A DNA stretch of 64,000 nucleotides, taken from contig OZ218953.1 in NCBI GenBank assembly GCA_965112735.1, forward strand, positions 2,728,001 to 2,792,000, in the 5' to 3' direction. Positions 23,965-37,809 of this stretch are shown one piece after another (positions within the stretch are counted from its first letter, which is position 1; each line of letters starts with the position of its first letter). Origin of the DNA: Phaeosaccion multiseriatum (Eukaryota > Protista > Ochrophyta, other classes). A program made the translations under genes and the position numbers. Below the pieces are notes generated by a model that was not told the DNA's origin, made no database searches, and worked only from the letters and a program-made list of their open reading frames with translations.

Positions 23965-26900
23965 CTGTATCGCCAACTGCTGCTCATGGTTCGTGACGCC
24001 GATCATGGCAGGAAAGCAGTGAGGACGACGGCTCCCTCCGTCTCCTCTGCTACCTTCATTCTCATCCTTCTCTTCCTCCTCCTCCTCCTCTTGACCGGGA
24101 GTGACGGGAGCAGAAGGAGCGACCAGGCAGGAATGGGCAGCTCTCCACTGCATACTCCATTGGTCGAGCTTTTCCTGAGCCGATGCCCGCCCCCTTACAC
24201 CTGCTTTACCATCCCCCCCTCCTCTCGCGTCTCGTCCCTTCATAGTCCCCTCCTCCCGCCCCCCCTCTCCCTCTCGCTCCAAAGCTGCGCTGGGATCATC
24301 ATCGGCGCTACCCGACGGCCGCGGTGGCTTGACTGACTGACTGACTGACAGTGGGGCACCACTCTCCGAACCGCTGCTAAAGTACTCGTCACTGCTGTGC
24401 AGAGTGTGAAGCATGGCGTTAAGCTGATCTGACAAGCCGTGCTCCCCCTCCTCTCCCCTCCTCTCTCCCCTCGCCCCGCCAGCAGCAGCAGTAGCAGCAG
24501 AAGTACACGTGGAAGGAGGAGAGAGGGAGGGGAGAATATCTTCGTTCACCCCGACCCCTGCCGCCCCACCGTCGCCCTCCTCCTCCTTCTCCTCCTCCTC
24601 GTCGTCGTCAAAGGCCTCCTCAGCGTATGCATCGTCCTCTTGCCCATCATCCTCGCTTCCTCCTCCCCGCCGGCCGCCGGCCGAAGCCTCATTACTATTT
24701 GTTCTCTCTCTTTGGGCAATGTATTCTGGTGCTTCAACATGGCCTGCATTGTCGACACGGGCCACACAGAGCTCGTTGGGCAGCACAAAGGCTCGGAGGC
24801 GAGTCTGAAGAGAAAGCTCGAGCTCAGTGGTGAGCACTAAGTGGCAGTGGTGAGTTGGGGGGGGGGTGGGGGTAGGGGGGGTGGGGACATTGAAGGTCGA
24901 GAGCGGAAGGAGTAGAATGTCCATACATGAATACCTCACACAGCACTAGCCTAGGTAGCAGTGTGAAAGCAAGGCACGAGTAGGGGTTTTAGTACATAAG
25001 ACACGCACGCAGGCACACAAACACAAACACAAACACAAACACACACATGCACAACACACACACGCACACCTTTCTCTTCCAGTGCGCTCGCCTCCTTGCT
25101 CCCAAGCTGCCCTTGCCCTCCTTGCTGCCCTCCTCCCTGCCCTTGCTGCTGCCTGGCGACGACTAGTTGGTGCTCCAGGCTGCGCAGCTTCGCCCTTGTG
25201 CCCTCGATGCTCCCGTGCACTTGGGACATGCTAAGGCCTTTGACCTCCGCCAAGGGCTGCCCTCCACACGAGTCCCAGAGGAGTGGAGAGAAAGAGAGAG
25301 TTTTGATGCTGGTTAGTCGTCTGCATGTGTGTGTGTGTATGTGTGGTTCTTGTGTGATGTATATGTGTGCCTGTGTGTGTTTGTGCATATGTGTGTGTGC
25401 ATATGCGTGTGTGCGTGTGTGTGTGTGTGCAGGCGCGCGTCAAGCCCTCCTTCTGAACTCACCGGAGCACAATCCGCTCCTTCCTCTGTGGCAAGGGGAG
25501 CCCTCTTGGGCTTCCCATGCTTCCCATACTTGCCATGCTTGCCATACTTGCCCTTGCCACCCTCAGCTCCCCCACTCGACAATGTCGACATTCCTCCCCT
25601 CGCCTGACGCTGCTTTGGCCACTCGGTGGGGGGGAGCAGTACACCCTTGGCCAAGTACGGTGCGCCGCGTATCCGGCCTCGTGCCCTCACATTACTGCTG
25701 CTGCTGCGCAGGTTCATTGAATCTTCATACGCCTCCAGCGTTCTCCTGTTGTTGTGCCGTCGGAAAGGCGAGTCTACCGTGGCCCACGTATGAAGTGTTC
25801 GCTTTCTTCCGCCAGTGCCACTCCCAGCAACACCACCACTCCAGCCTCTACCTCCCTGTGGCAGGCCTAACCGGCCCATGCCGCTGCTACCACCCCGACC
25901 ACCACCACCGTACGCATCTGATGCATTCCAATAGCTGAATTTGGAGGCACACGTCCCTCCTCGGGCACCTCCTGCAGCAGGGCCGGGATAAGCTATTGCC
26001 CCCAACCCCCCCTCGCCCTCCTCGCCCTCCTCACCATCCGACCAGAGCACTCGGTCTCCACCCACAGAGCTGGCCCGCCGGTAGCCTCTTTCCTTCGTCC
26101 CTGGCAGCAGCCCAACTGCCCCCCCCATCCATGTTCCCCCACCAGCCCCCCCTGCTCCTGCTGCTCTCCACTCCCCCTCCTCCTCGCTACTCCGCAGTCT
26201 ATTGCTACCAAAACTACAATCAACGCCGTGGCTGTCTTGTCGAGTGTTGGTGTGGCTTTCGCCGTCTTCTCCTCCTCCTCCTCCTCCTCCTCCTCCTCCT
26301 CCTCCTCCTCCTCCTCCTCCTCCTCCTCCTTCTGCACTGAACAAACGTTCCAGAGTCGGTGGAGGATCGGAGGGCACCGCGGTGGTGAGCGCTCCGCGTA
26401 ACGCACTGTTCTCCTGCCTCAGTCTGTGCACCTCCTGCCTCAAATCCGAAATGAGCTGCTCTTTGAGGTTGAGGACAGCCGTCGGGGTGTTGACAATGCC
26501 CTTGACGTTCATGGAGAAGGCCAGTGTTCGAAGGCTCTCGTTGCTCATGGTGCTCGCAGGGGACACACATGCAATCATAAGCGTCTTGCAGGACCCGCCG
26601 AGGCTTCCGACGAGCAACTAAATGGAGGGGGTAGGCGGAGAATACACATTCGACCGCGAGTAGCGAGAGCGGACGGAAACGTTTTGCATTGCAAGGTAGT
26701 TGCACAAAGGTGTGGAGGAGAAGAGGACAAGAAGGGCCGGAAAATGAGTGGTGTGGCACCTTCGGAGGCCTCTCTTCCCCACAAGCGACCACAAGGCGAC
26801 GCAAAAACGACGCCGTAAACGACTGTGATCGTGTGTGTGTTTGTGGAGAGCCGGGGCTCTCGTATGCCTGTTGGTAGTTCGTTTGTCCTACCTTGGTGAG

Positions 26901-28542
26901 CTTGCTGTCTCTAAAGGGCACAGTGCCGCCCCCCCCCCCTTGTCCCTGCCCCTGTCCCTGCCCCTGCCCCAGCCTGGCAATGCCCTGCACGAGCTTGCCC
27001 AGTGAGTAGAGTGACTTGTTGATAAGGCCGGCCTCTTTGGCCGTTTGCCCCGCCGACTCCGTGTGCTTCAAGCGCTCGCTACCTGTGGGGCACAGTAGAT
27101 GGGGCATGAGGCGCGGGGAGTGGAGATGGGAGGTGGGGATAAGGGGCGGGGAGGGGCGAGAGGGGGTGGTGGGTGCAAGAGGGGGGCGCTGACAAGAGAG
27201 GTTGTCTAAAGCGTCACAAAATGCTCGAAAATGAACATAGTAGTGAACAACAGCCCTCAGGCAATGTAGGTACGTTTGGAGTCGCTTCTCGGATCGCAAA
27301 AGCCAGAAGCAAGCGCGCAGAGAGAAAAAGAGTGCAGTGCAAAAGCGCCACTCATGTACCTACCTGCCAGGTCAACGAACGTCACCTTTCCGAAGCGCGT
27401 GACTCCTTCGTCTCCTGCTACACCCTGCGCCCCTTCCCCCTCCTCCCCCCCATCCTGCGCTCCTCCGCTCATCTTCTTGGAGTCCACCGCCACTGTGATG
27501 ATGCAGTGGCTGCGGTTGGACCGCTCGTTCATGGCGTGGGATGCCATCCTGCGGTTGGACAGGGCCTTGCTCACGATGCTCACCGCGTCTTGTTCGTTAC
27601 GCACGGGGAAGTGGAGCAGGCCCTCGGCGAAGAAACCGAGCAGCTGATGTTCTCTCACGGCCAGGGGCGTGCGCTTCCTTCTGCTCATTGTTGGGGGTAA
27701 GTGGATGGGTGGGTGGGTGAGGGGCACAACAAAAAGCAAAGCGTACACATCTCTTCAGGTTGAGTTTGACTTACTCGTCCACGTTGAGGTCGAACACCGC
27801 TTCCTGGTAAATCTCCAAGCAGGACACCCTGAGGCTGAACCGCCAACCCTCCAAGGCAAGGCGGCGCGTACTCGCGAAGAGGTGGTGCAGCGCTCGGGGA
27901 AGAAGACCCACCTTCCCGGCGGACAGATTGTCGAGGTTGCCACGCGCTGTAATGATAGATAGGAAATGGGATGAGAACTCCACAAACCCTCGTTCCTTAT
28001 CGTAGCAATCACCCAGAACCGCCTCAGAGCGAACCACTCGTTACTGACCTCCGGGCTCTCCGAGCATGGTGTGCGTCTTGCCGCTTCCCGTTTGTCCGTA
28101 GCCAAACACCGTGCTTGGAAAGCCCTGCCACCAACGAGATGTGTTAGAGGTCTCTCGGGACGAGGCTCTGCGCCTCTCTCTCTCTCTGAAACAAATCAAT
28201 CCTCCTTACCTCCAGCGCGGCCTCCAGCAGTGCAATAACCCCAGACTGTTCAAAGACCACGGCCTGCCCTTCACCTTCGTCGAAACAGCGATTGCATTGA
28301 AACACAGTGTGTGCTGCACGATGCACCCCATCGGCAGACTCTGTCTCGACCACCACGGCACCTTGCTCTCTCTCGGTTCTCTGCAGCTCTTCGCCGCCCG
28401 CTCTTTTACTCACAGCTTTGGTCGCCTTTGCTGAGATCTCCGAAGTACTGAGAGGTCGGATGCGGCACACCACCCGCACTGCCTCCTCGCCTGCATAACT
28501 ACCCAGAGAGGAACCCCTTCGGAGCAGCCGAGCCTTGGACAT
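23542..28542 (-). CDS. N-terminal-motor kinesin (KIF12/kinesin-16-like), multi-exon
   Basis: VRVVCRIRP, P-loop FGYGQTGSGKTHTM (exon ~28050-28124), LEIYQEAVFDL, switch I NERSNRSH, switch II [43 protein letters not shown], then a coiled coil and low-complexity tail. The subfamily assignment is tentative. Confidence 0.92.
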
Positions 28543-28775
28543 CTTTCAAGGTTCTTTTAAGTCAAAGAAAAGAGCGGGAGACCATCAAAGACGCTCGAGA
28601 TGATGATCGATTGAGGGAGGGCGGAACGGAAAATCATTATGTCACGGAAAGTTGAGCCCGACATTTACCGTGTATGTCAATGGTTCGTGTGATTGGGCCC
28701 CCCTCCTCCCGCCCGAGGCCCAATCACGAAGCGGTTAGCCCGATACTGTATAAAAGCCTTTTAATTAAGTCCACC
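28543..28775. promoter_or_regulatory. Short divergent promoter region between the kinesin and TPR genes
   Basis: Head-to-head start codons ~230 bp apart. TATAAAA at ~28749 and CCACCATGG context at 28771-28779. Confidence 0.45.
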
Positions 28776-31456
28776 ATGGCTGTGGCTGGTGAGGGCTACC
28801 AAGATGAGGAGCTCCCGGCCATCGAGTACCAGCACTTCGGGGCCAAGCTCAACGAAGTTGTCATCAGCACGTCCAAGATGGCCATGCGTTTGCTCGCAGA
28901 GGGAGATCAGCACCAGAGCTTGGATCTTCTCCTGAAGACAGAGGCTCTTGTCACGAGCGAAGCTGAGGTAGAGACGAGTGGAAATGGGAAAGCAAAGACT
29001 CCCCCCTCCCCACCTCACGCACCTGCCTGACCTGCCCGCTTCTGATGTATCATCCTTGCTCTGTGCGTAGGGAGTGAGTGAGACGGTGCTTCTGAATCTG
29101 CAGGTGCTGACCTACAACAACATGGCGTGCTGGCATCGGCGCTTCAATGATCCAGACACGAGCTTAGAGTACCTGCGACGCGCGGTCAGGTAAGCGCGTG
29201 CTCTCGCATCAAGGGGTTAACGAACGAAGGAGCGAGCGAATGCCCCGGGCTGCCTCCTCCCTCCCGCCTGCCTCTCCATCCCTCCGGCTCCTCTCCCGTC
29301 TATCTGTCCCTCCGCAGATGCTTCAACAACTCAGTGCACTGCCAGAATCCGGCGGAGGCGCCTCCCAACATCAATCAGCAGCTCACCGTCACGCACTCCA
29401 ACCTGTGCGCCATCCTCAGTGACCTCAACTTGCACGGTGAGAAGCAGTCACGAGAAGCCCATTACCGCTCAGTCCGTAATTAGGAGGTTATGGAAATTCA
29501 TCTGGATTGTCAGCTTGTAGCGGGAAGTCCAGCTGGGTTTGCATGATTCCTCGTCTGTTCGGGCAAAGTCCGTTTGCTGTCTGGCCAACCCGCTGTCGAT
29601 CACGCCTACCCTTGGGGTGGGTGGTAGGGAAATCAGACCGACTCAGTGCACGCACGCATAAGAGAGACAATAGCTCAGCTTCGAACCTCTTCCTCCACCC
29701 ATGGCGCCTCCTTCGCCCCCCGCCGCCCCCCAACAGAGGAGGCTCTAGTGCACGCCAAATGCGCAGTATACTTTTGCAAGAACAATCTCTCTCGGGCCTC
29801 GAGTATGGGGGACGGCGGAGGAGGGCCCGAGATGTCTCAGTCGAACCACCTCAGCAAGACTCTGATGGGCCTGGCCATCGCGTGCTACAACGCAGCCGTG
29901 GAGGTGGAGTACGTGGAAGGGCAGGTAGGTACGCACGTGGTGCGTGGGGGCTGTGTCCAGAGAGGAGCAAGGAGTGTTGTGGCTGGGCTGCACACACAGA
30001 GTGAGACAAAAGCTCCTTGCTTGGCGGCATAGGAGGGAGGAAGAGAGGGAGGAAGTAGAGCATGTAGCTGTCATCAGCAGTGATTCAAAGACTGATGAGA
30101 CAGGCTGGCTTAGGCCCTCATGGCCCCTTATTGCCTTCTTGCTGGCCTCACTCTTCCTCTCTTCCGGGGTGAACGCAGGCGTGTATCAAGTGGTATGAGA
30201 GAGCGCTGGACCTCGCGCACCGGGCGGACGCGGGCGATGGCATCACGATGAAAATGTCGAGCTCTCTCAAGGCCGCCTCGAACAGATTCTTCTTGGGGGG
30301 CAGGAAAGCGGCGGCCGCGGAAGGGGGTTCGGGGTTAGGGAACAGCGGCAGCAAGCTGGCGCCGGGGGGGAGGGTGATCAGGAGGTCTTTGGTGAGGAAA
30401 GCACCGCCGCCACCACCAACAGATGGTGGAGGTATTCGCTTCTCCAACGGCGGCGGCCCTCCTCTGTGGGATGGCGGGCTGGCTTTCGGGCTCTCGCTGG
30501 GGGACATGGTTGGCGGAGGAGGAGGAGGAGGAGGGGAAGGGGAAGGCCCAGCAAGGTTGGAGTCGGGGAAAGGCCCCCTCTCTGTCAGTCCCGAAAGAGA
30601 GCCTTTCCCCGCCTTTGCAACGTCCCGGCGACACCCCCACCACCTCTCCCCCAGCAAGGCCATTCGCAAATTGCCCAAGAAGCAGCCTCAGCCTCAGCAC
30701 CACCACAACCACCAGCAGCAGCAGCAGGGTGGCAAGTCCCATTCCCATACGGACATTGTGAGTGCTACTGCTGCCACTCCTCAACCACCGCCGCATCAAG
30801 GTCGTGGGCTCGAAGGCACGCGTGCCCTGAACCGTCCTGCCAGCGCGCCGATGCGGAGGGTCGAGAGGCATGTGCATCACGCTAGTGCTCGTACTGCAGC
30901 TGCGGCAGCCAATGGTGGTGGTGGCGTGTACCAAGGGGCTGCCCTTCCTGCAGGAGCAGGAGCTGCAGCAGTTGCCGCCGTCCGGGAAAGGCCACTGCCG
31001 GACACGCCGGCGGCAGTAGTAGCAGCACCAGCACCAGCACCAGCAGCCCCACCAGCAGTAGAAGCAATAGAAGAGTCGCTGACAGCACCAGTAGCACCAG
31101 TAGCACAGGCAGTAGTACCAGCAGCCGCTGGTGCTGGTGCTGGAGCGGCAGCGATACCGAGAACAAGAAAGAGACGCCCTCCAGAGAAGCAAGACAACAG
31201 AGAGAGTGCCACATTGGAGCAGTATTTGGAGCAGATGGAGAGGCTCACAGCGAAAGTCGAGCGAGCGTTGAGAGAAGCCACACAGCACCAGAAGCAGCAG
31301 CAGCAGCAGCAGAGGCCGTCGTCCGCATCCGCCAAAGTGTCTACCCCCAAAGCGGGCAAGCTAAAGAGGGCCAACAATGGCAGTAGCGGTAGCGGGGCAA
31401 CTAGGGCCAGGCCGACCAAGCCAAGCCGAACAAAGACAAAGGCGTCGTCATCGTCG

Positions 31457-31502
<46 letters not shown>

Positions 31503-31781
31503 TAGCAGCAGCACCAGCAGCAGCACCAGCAGCAGCACCAGCAGCACCAGCAGCACCAGCAGCAGCACCAGCACCACCCCCAGCAGCAGCAGCGGAAGCA
31601 CCAGCATCAGTACCAGGAGCAGCACCACCAGCAGCAGCAGGGGGATTCGAGACCAGGCCATCCTCAGCTTTCGGCAGCAGCAGCGGCAGCGGCAGCGAGG
31701 AGGAAGGGGCATGTCTGAAGATCCAGGCCAGATGGAGGAGACACCAAGCCGCCAAGGGCCGGCCTTGCTGCAGAGACAAAG

Positions 31782-31873
<92 letters not shown>

Positions 31874-34800
31874 GGGTGCGCGCGCACGTGTGTTTGTATG
31901 TGAGCCGATGCCGCTGCCTGCCTGGCAGTGGGATACCATTAGCTACGCTGCTGCTTGCAGAGTTCGTTTCGCGAGTGTTTGAGCTGGAAAGAAGCTGAAT
32001 AATTGGCTTACTTGCTTGCTCCCTTGCTGGCTTGATTGCCTACTATACTAGCACGCTTTTTCGTTTCGCTCCCTCGCTTACCCTCGATCCAACAATGGTG
32101 ATGAACGGTGCCTCGCCTCCCCCTCCCCCTCCCCCCTCCCCACCTCCTCAGGCCCTGCTGCGGCGCGTGAGTGCAAAGTCGCGGCAGACGATCTTCTCGC
32201 TCCGCCAAGAGCTCGCCATTGCCAACAGGAACGGAGAGGAAGAGGCCAGCAGGCTCGTGCTGTGTGCAGGTGCGATGCGATACCCACCAGACGAAGGGGG
32301 AAGGGGGGGAGGGGGGTTATGAGACAGAGCGCCACCGATTCTTTCGCCCCCCCCCCCCGCCCTTAGCGATTGTTGAGGTTTGAGACTAAACAACTACGTT
32401 ACGTTGCAGCTGAACAAGCTCGAAGCTGAACTCGACTCGTCTCGCTTGACGTGCGTGCGTGCGTGCGTGTGTGTGTGTGTGTGTGTGTCGGCCGCCCATC
32501 TTCCTCTCCTCGGATCGCACCCCGCACACTCCACCAGGTGAGCGGGAGGAAATTTTTACCCGGCTGGAAGAGAAGCTCCGAAGTAGAGAAGTATTGGCTG
32601 TGATGCAGGTGGCGGAGATGGACAAAGCCGCGCAGGAATATGCCTCGCGTGTGGAGGCCTTGAGCTTGGAGCTGTCCCGGAGCGAGGAAAGGCACGAGGC
32701 AGAGGTGCAGCGCTTGACAAAGAGGCACGAGGCAGAGGTGCAGCGCTTGACAAAGGCCCACGGTGAGGTGCTGCGCTCCAATGAACAGCTGCGGGGTGAG
32801 CTTGCGGAGGACAGACGAGAGAGGTGAGTGAAAGAGTGAGTGAGTGAGTGAGTGAGTGAGTGAGTGAGTGAGTGAGTGAGTGAGTGTGTGTGTGAGTGAG
32901 TGAGTGAGTGAGTGAGTGAGTGAGTGAGTGAGTGAGTGAGTGAGTGAGTGAGTGAGTGAGTGAGTGAGTGAGTGAGTGAGTGAGTGAGTGAGTGAGTGAG
33001 TGAGTGAGTGAGTGAGTGAGTGAGTGAGTGAGTGAGTGAGTGAGTGAGTGAGCAAGACTTATGTGCGCATGCGAGGCAGTGGTGTTCACCGGTCAGTTCG
33101 TCAGTCCGTCAGTCCGTCAGTCCAGCTGCTGATGCCGATGCTGATGCCGCTGTGCTTGCGCTAGAGTATGCAAGATGGAGAGAGGGGGGGGGGGTCGCAG
33201 GAGAGCAGCGAAAGGGCGGTGAGCGTGAACCAAACAAACGAAGGAAACAACCAAGCAAGCAAGCAAGCAAACCATCCCTCTCTTTCCACCTTCTCCTACC
33301 TTACGCACCTAATCATGCTTGCAATGAATCGTGTGTTGCTGCGCCCAAACAAATTCATTCCAAACGCAGCGACGAGCGGCTCGCCTCCTTCCAGAGTCAG
33401 CTCCAGGGGGCACACGCCAAGCTCCTCTCTGCGCAAGAAAGCGCCCATCAAGAAGCTTGCGCCCCCGTCAAGGCCTTGAAGGTGGAGTTGGAGGAGGCGA
33501 AACGGCGGATACGACTCACGGCGGAGGAGCTATCGGTCTCGAGAGCGCAAGAGAAGAGTGTCAGCGTGCAGTTGAGGCTCGCACAGGATGAGCTGAGTGA
33601 TGGCTTAGCGGCCGCTACTGCTGCTACTGCTGGTGCTTCTGCTCCTGCCACAACTGTTACCGCCCTCGCGCCAACGCTAGGAGTGGCGGAGGGAAGGAGC
33701 GCCACCAGCAGCGATGATGCTAAGGACGCCACAGTAGCGGAGGTAAGTCAGGCAAGGAATATTTTAGGGAATCGTATCTGTGTGCTGTGCTATCCTGACC
33801 CCCGCCCATGCTTCCACAACTCCCCCCCCCCCCGCCCGTGCGCATGTATGGCTGGCCTTAGCTCTTGAACGAGCTTTCCTCAGTGCCCCAGCTGGTGGCA
33901 GAGAAGGAGGCGTTGCTCGCTGCGGTTGAGTCTTCTTCATCCCTCCTTGCCAACACGGACGAGCAAATCAAATCTCTCAAGGAGGCACACCGCCTGGAGA
34001 CGGGTCGATTGAAGCAAGAGGTGAGTGAAGAGTGAGTCGCATTCTGCCGCCCCGCCCACCTCCTTCAGGATTGAACCTTCCCACTTTCACTTTTGGGAGG
34101 GGAAGGGAGGCGCCCGAGGGGAAGGCAAAACAAAATGCCTGCGGGAGATGGGAGGGAGACATTTCTATCTGTTGGAGTAGCAGTGTTCAATGCTCTCACC
34201 CCTCACCATTTGCTGCGCGGGCTGCTCACGTGTATGGTCGGTATGGCGCAGGCGAGCCAAGCTGCCGCAGAGATTGACCGCCTGCGCCAGTGCGTGCAGG
34301 AGGGCGAGAGAGCACGGGTGGGGCATGAGGTGCGTAGATACTTGAGGTTGGGGAGGGAGGAGCCTTGCCTTACCTTCTCTTCCCTTCGGAGCCTTGGTGC
34401 CGTGGTGCCTTGGAGTCTTGGAGCCTTTTGCCCGCCGCCCATCTGGCCTGCCTTAGCCTGCCCGACCCAGACCGACTCACTCACTCACTCACTCACTCAC
34501 TCACTCACTCACTCACTCACTCACTCACTCACTCACTCACTCACTCACTCACTCACTCACACACTCACTCACTCACTCACTCACTCACTCACTCACTCAC
34601 TCCCTCCCTCCCTCCCTCACTCACTCACTGACTCACTCACTCACTGACTCACTCACCCACTCACTCACTCACTCTCACTCACTCACTCACTCACTCACTC
34701 ACTCACTCACTCACTCACTCACTCACTCACTGACTCACTCACTGACTCACTGACTCGCTCACTTACTCACTCACTCACTCACTCACCCACTCACTCACTC

Positions 34801-35175
34801 ACCCCCCCTTCATCATTACACATCATCACAGCGACCAATACATGGCGTCAGAATCTACCCTGACTACAGTCTGCTCTTTTCCCTTATTTATGCCCTTTCC
34901 TCCCCCCCCCCTGCCCTCCCTTCTTCTCTGCGCTGCCCTCCCCTCCGCTCTCCTCCTTGCAGCGCTCTCTGGTCGCCCCGAACGAAGCCAATAAGAAGAG
35001 CTTCACAGATGGCTTGGATGGCGTAGACGGGGCCGGGGCCGAGGAGGCGGAGGTGCTGCTGCAGAGGGCCTATGTTGCGGGCCTTTGTGCCTACATTGAC
35101 GACTACGATGTCTGTGTGCAGGAGCTACTCCACGACGAGGAAGAGAAGCAGGAGGAGGAGGAGGGCCAACAATGA
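28776..35175 (+). CDS. TPR-repeat / IQ-like / coiled-coil protein, multi-exon
   Basis: TPR-type exons LQVLTYNNMACWHRR...SLEYLRRAV, THSNLCAILSDL, EALVHAKCAV and LAIACYNAAVEVEY; IQ-like ACLKIQARWRRHQ; coiled-coil exons up to ~35175. Confidence 0.7.
32835..33052. repeat. (GAGT)n microsatellite beginning just after a 5' splice site
   Basis: Directly visible. Confidence 0.95.
34475..34801. repeat. (ACTC)n microsatellite in an intron
   Basis: Directly visible; it is the reverse complement of the 32835 array. Confidence 0.95.
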
Positions 35176-35302
35176 ACCAACCCAAGAGCAAGCAATGTGC
35201 CTCTCCTCCTCATGAATCAACCAATCAACCAACCAACGTTTATGTCTTACTATGTCCTTCTTATGTACAGGTGGTACTCATTCCTTTAAAGACCACACAC
35301 AG

Positions 35303-36259
35303 CTATTTTCTCTTTCCTTGCTGCTTCAAGGAGATGGAGATTGGTCCTTGATCTTGTGATCTCTGCTGCTGCTGCTGCTGCTGCTGGTGGTGGTGGTGTT
35401 GCGACGAGGCCAGCATGCCGTTGGTGCTGCCGATCGTGCTGGCGCCTGCATTGGCACCGGCGGTGACGGTGCCACTCTCCCCCGACACACCCTGCTGCTC
35501 CAGTACATCGGACCCGGGAACCAGGTCGAAAGTGGGCTCTGTCAAGCACATGTGGCTTGGGGGAAGCCGGACGCCAAATCTGGACACACAAGAGAAAGCA
35601 ATAGGGGGGGAGGGGGTGCCGAGATGACGCCAACCACTTCCAACACAAGGCGCTTGCCTCCGTCCTTCCCTCGTGACTTGGTCTGCCTAGAATACTCAAC
35701 TGGTCGGGAATGACGGGGAGAGGCTTGGAGTTGACCTCATCCGCTAGTTGCATAACTTCCGACCGCATGGGCGATGAATTCAACAGAGCCTACAGCAGTA
35801 GATGAAATGTAGGGAGAGGTGGAATGTTAAATACTGTTTGCGCTTGTCTTTGCATGGCGAGTGTACCGCCGCACAGAGATTGACGTCCACCCGTTACCTC
35901 ACCTCCTGTCTGTCTGCCATGGCCAGTCTGACGTCCTCGACCCTAATTTCCGGTTTGCCGGCGTGGGTTGCATAGTCCTTGGCATCGAAGAGCAGACCTG
36001 TGCAGTAGCGACGCATCTGCTCCACGAGTTGGCCCACTACCTGCGGATCGGCATCCACCTCCATACTTTTCAGGAGCTGCATGGGCGGAGGGCGTGAGTG
36101 TGCATTGTGCAGGAGAGCAACCGAGATGGGAATAAACCCTCCTCTCCCCTCTCCTCCCTAATAATTTACCTTCTTAACCGTATCCTCATCCCGCTGCTGC
36201 AGTTGGAGAGCAGTCCCACGCGGGGCCGATCTTCTTTGGCCCTGTCGCCTGATCGCCAT
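35303..36259 (-). CDS. TAF9: TFIID subunit TAF9; exons ~36170-36259, 35903-36076, ~35700-35789, 35303-35579
   Basis: Histone fold RDEDTVKK|LLKSMEV...VVGQLVEQMRRYCTGLLFDAKDYATHAGKPEIRVEDVRLA, then LADEVNSKPLP and GVRLPP..CLTEP, which are conserved TAF9 motifs. Confidence 0.9.
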
Positions 36260-36917
36260 GATCTGGACGGAGAGAGGGAGGTCAGTTTGAGTTTCAGTGC
36301 TGACAAGTTGGGGTTGTGGGGGCGTGCGCGCTATCCGCTGTCGCCGGCGCCAGCCGATCCGCTATCCAGCGCGCTATCGCGAATGTGGGCAGTCGACTTT
36401 GGAACTACCGGACCTGACAGCAAAGACACAGGACGGGAGCGTTCCAGCAGACGTAGAGCAGCGCATAGTAGATAAACAACATAAGAGTATGGGCATGGAG
36501 GGGGGGGGCTAAGATCTGAGAAAGAAGAGGAAGGGAAGGAAGTCGAAGCCATGATACCACTGATACGGTCGGGTCCTCCACAAGTCTTCAGACAGCTAGG
36601 ACAGGGGGTAGTGAGTCCTTGGACTGGGCTCAGCAGCATCGATATCGCAAAAGGTCGTGCAAACCAGAAACTGAAACGAAAACTTGAACTTAAACTTTCT
36701 ACAACTGTATCCACGTATGTTTCGAATATGTTGCCACAGGGGCGGGTGAGGGGACTCCAAACTCCAAAACTCGATGCATAGTGCAGCTTGAAGGGAGATG
36801 GAAGAGCAGCAGAAGGCATAGTGTGGAGAGGAAGCGGGGAGGGGCTGAGGCAAAGTGGCAAAGTTGAGGGGTTTTTTTAACGTGCGTCTTTTTCTTCTCC
36901 TTCCTCTTCTTTCGGCC

Positions 36918-37179
36918 CCTGACATGGCTGCTGGTTCTGAGGTTCTGAGGCGACCCTGGTTCCTGGCTGGTTCTGGCCGGCGCCAGCCAGCCGGCCTGGT
37001 TCCTGGTTTTGGTCGGCGCCAGCCGGCCAGGCAGGTTCCAGGTTCTGGGGGAAGGCCATGTAATAGTAAGGCAATGATGAGGGCCAAGGTTGGTTCCTGG
37101 TTCGTCGGCGCCAGCCGGCCTGCCGAGCCTGCTTCCTGGTTCTGGGCTGGCCTCGCTCCTGTCTCAGAACCATGTCAGG
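36918..37179. mobile_element. Putative MITE-like element between TAF9 and the GT2 gene
   Basis: Terminal inverted repeats cctgacatgg(ctgct)ggttctgag / ctcagaaccatgtcagg, with internal reiterated ctggttcctgg and cggcgccagcc units. Confidence 0.5.
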
Positions 37180-37809
37180 AGGGGTCTTACTTCCCCTCCT
37201 TTCTCCCGCTCTCCTTGGAATTGATCTGACCAATGGGGGTGATGGCGATGATACCATCTCTCATCTTGTGACCAGGCTCGAATGTTGCCCTCGAATCGCA
37301 ATGAGGTACATACCCCAGAAGCACCGTCGAAGGAAGGAAGGAGAGAGGATTTGTCGTAAATTCGGTTTGCTGCCTTATTGCTCAGCGGAGGGGCCAGTTG
37401 GTAAATTTCAGCGATTCTAAAAAAAGATGATGATTGCATCTCGAGTGCGGTGTGGCACCCACAGGATTTCCTTGTGCTGCTGTGCGCAGAGCTCCACAAC
37501 AGCGGAGGGGGCCTGACAACTCACCACAGAGAGAGGATATAAAGGGTCTGCTAATAGCTTTGGCTGACGGCGGGGGGGAGCAGAGGATCAGAGAACAGGA
37601 CGGAACAAGTTGGATACCTCCATTTTGCAGTTGCATCAGAGGGTCTCAAGAAAAAAAATTAGCAAGGTCTGACAGAGACAAGGCTTGCAGCACGGCGGTG
37701 GATGCCAACCACTCCCAGGCACTAAAGGCCAGGGTTGCAGAGAGGAAAGGAGCACCAGGAACAGAGGGAGGTCTTGGGGTGCTTCTCTCGGCAAGGCCGT
37801 GGTGCTGCC

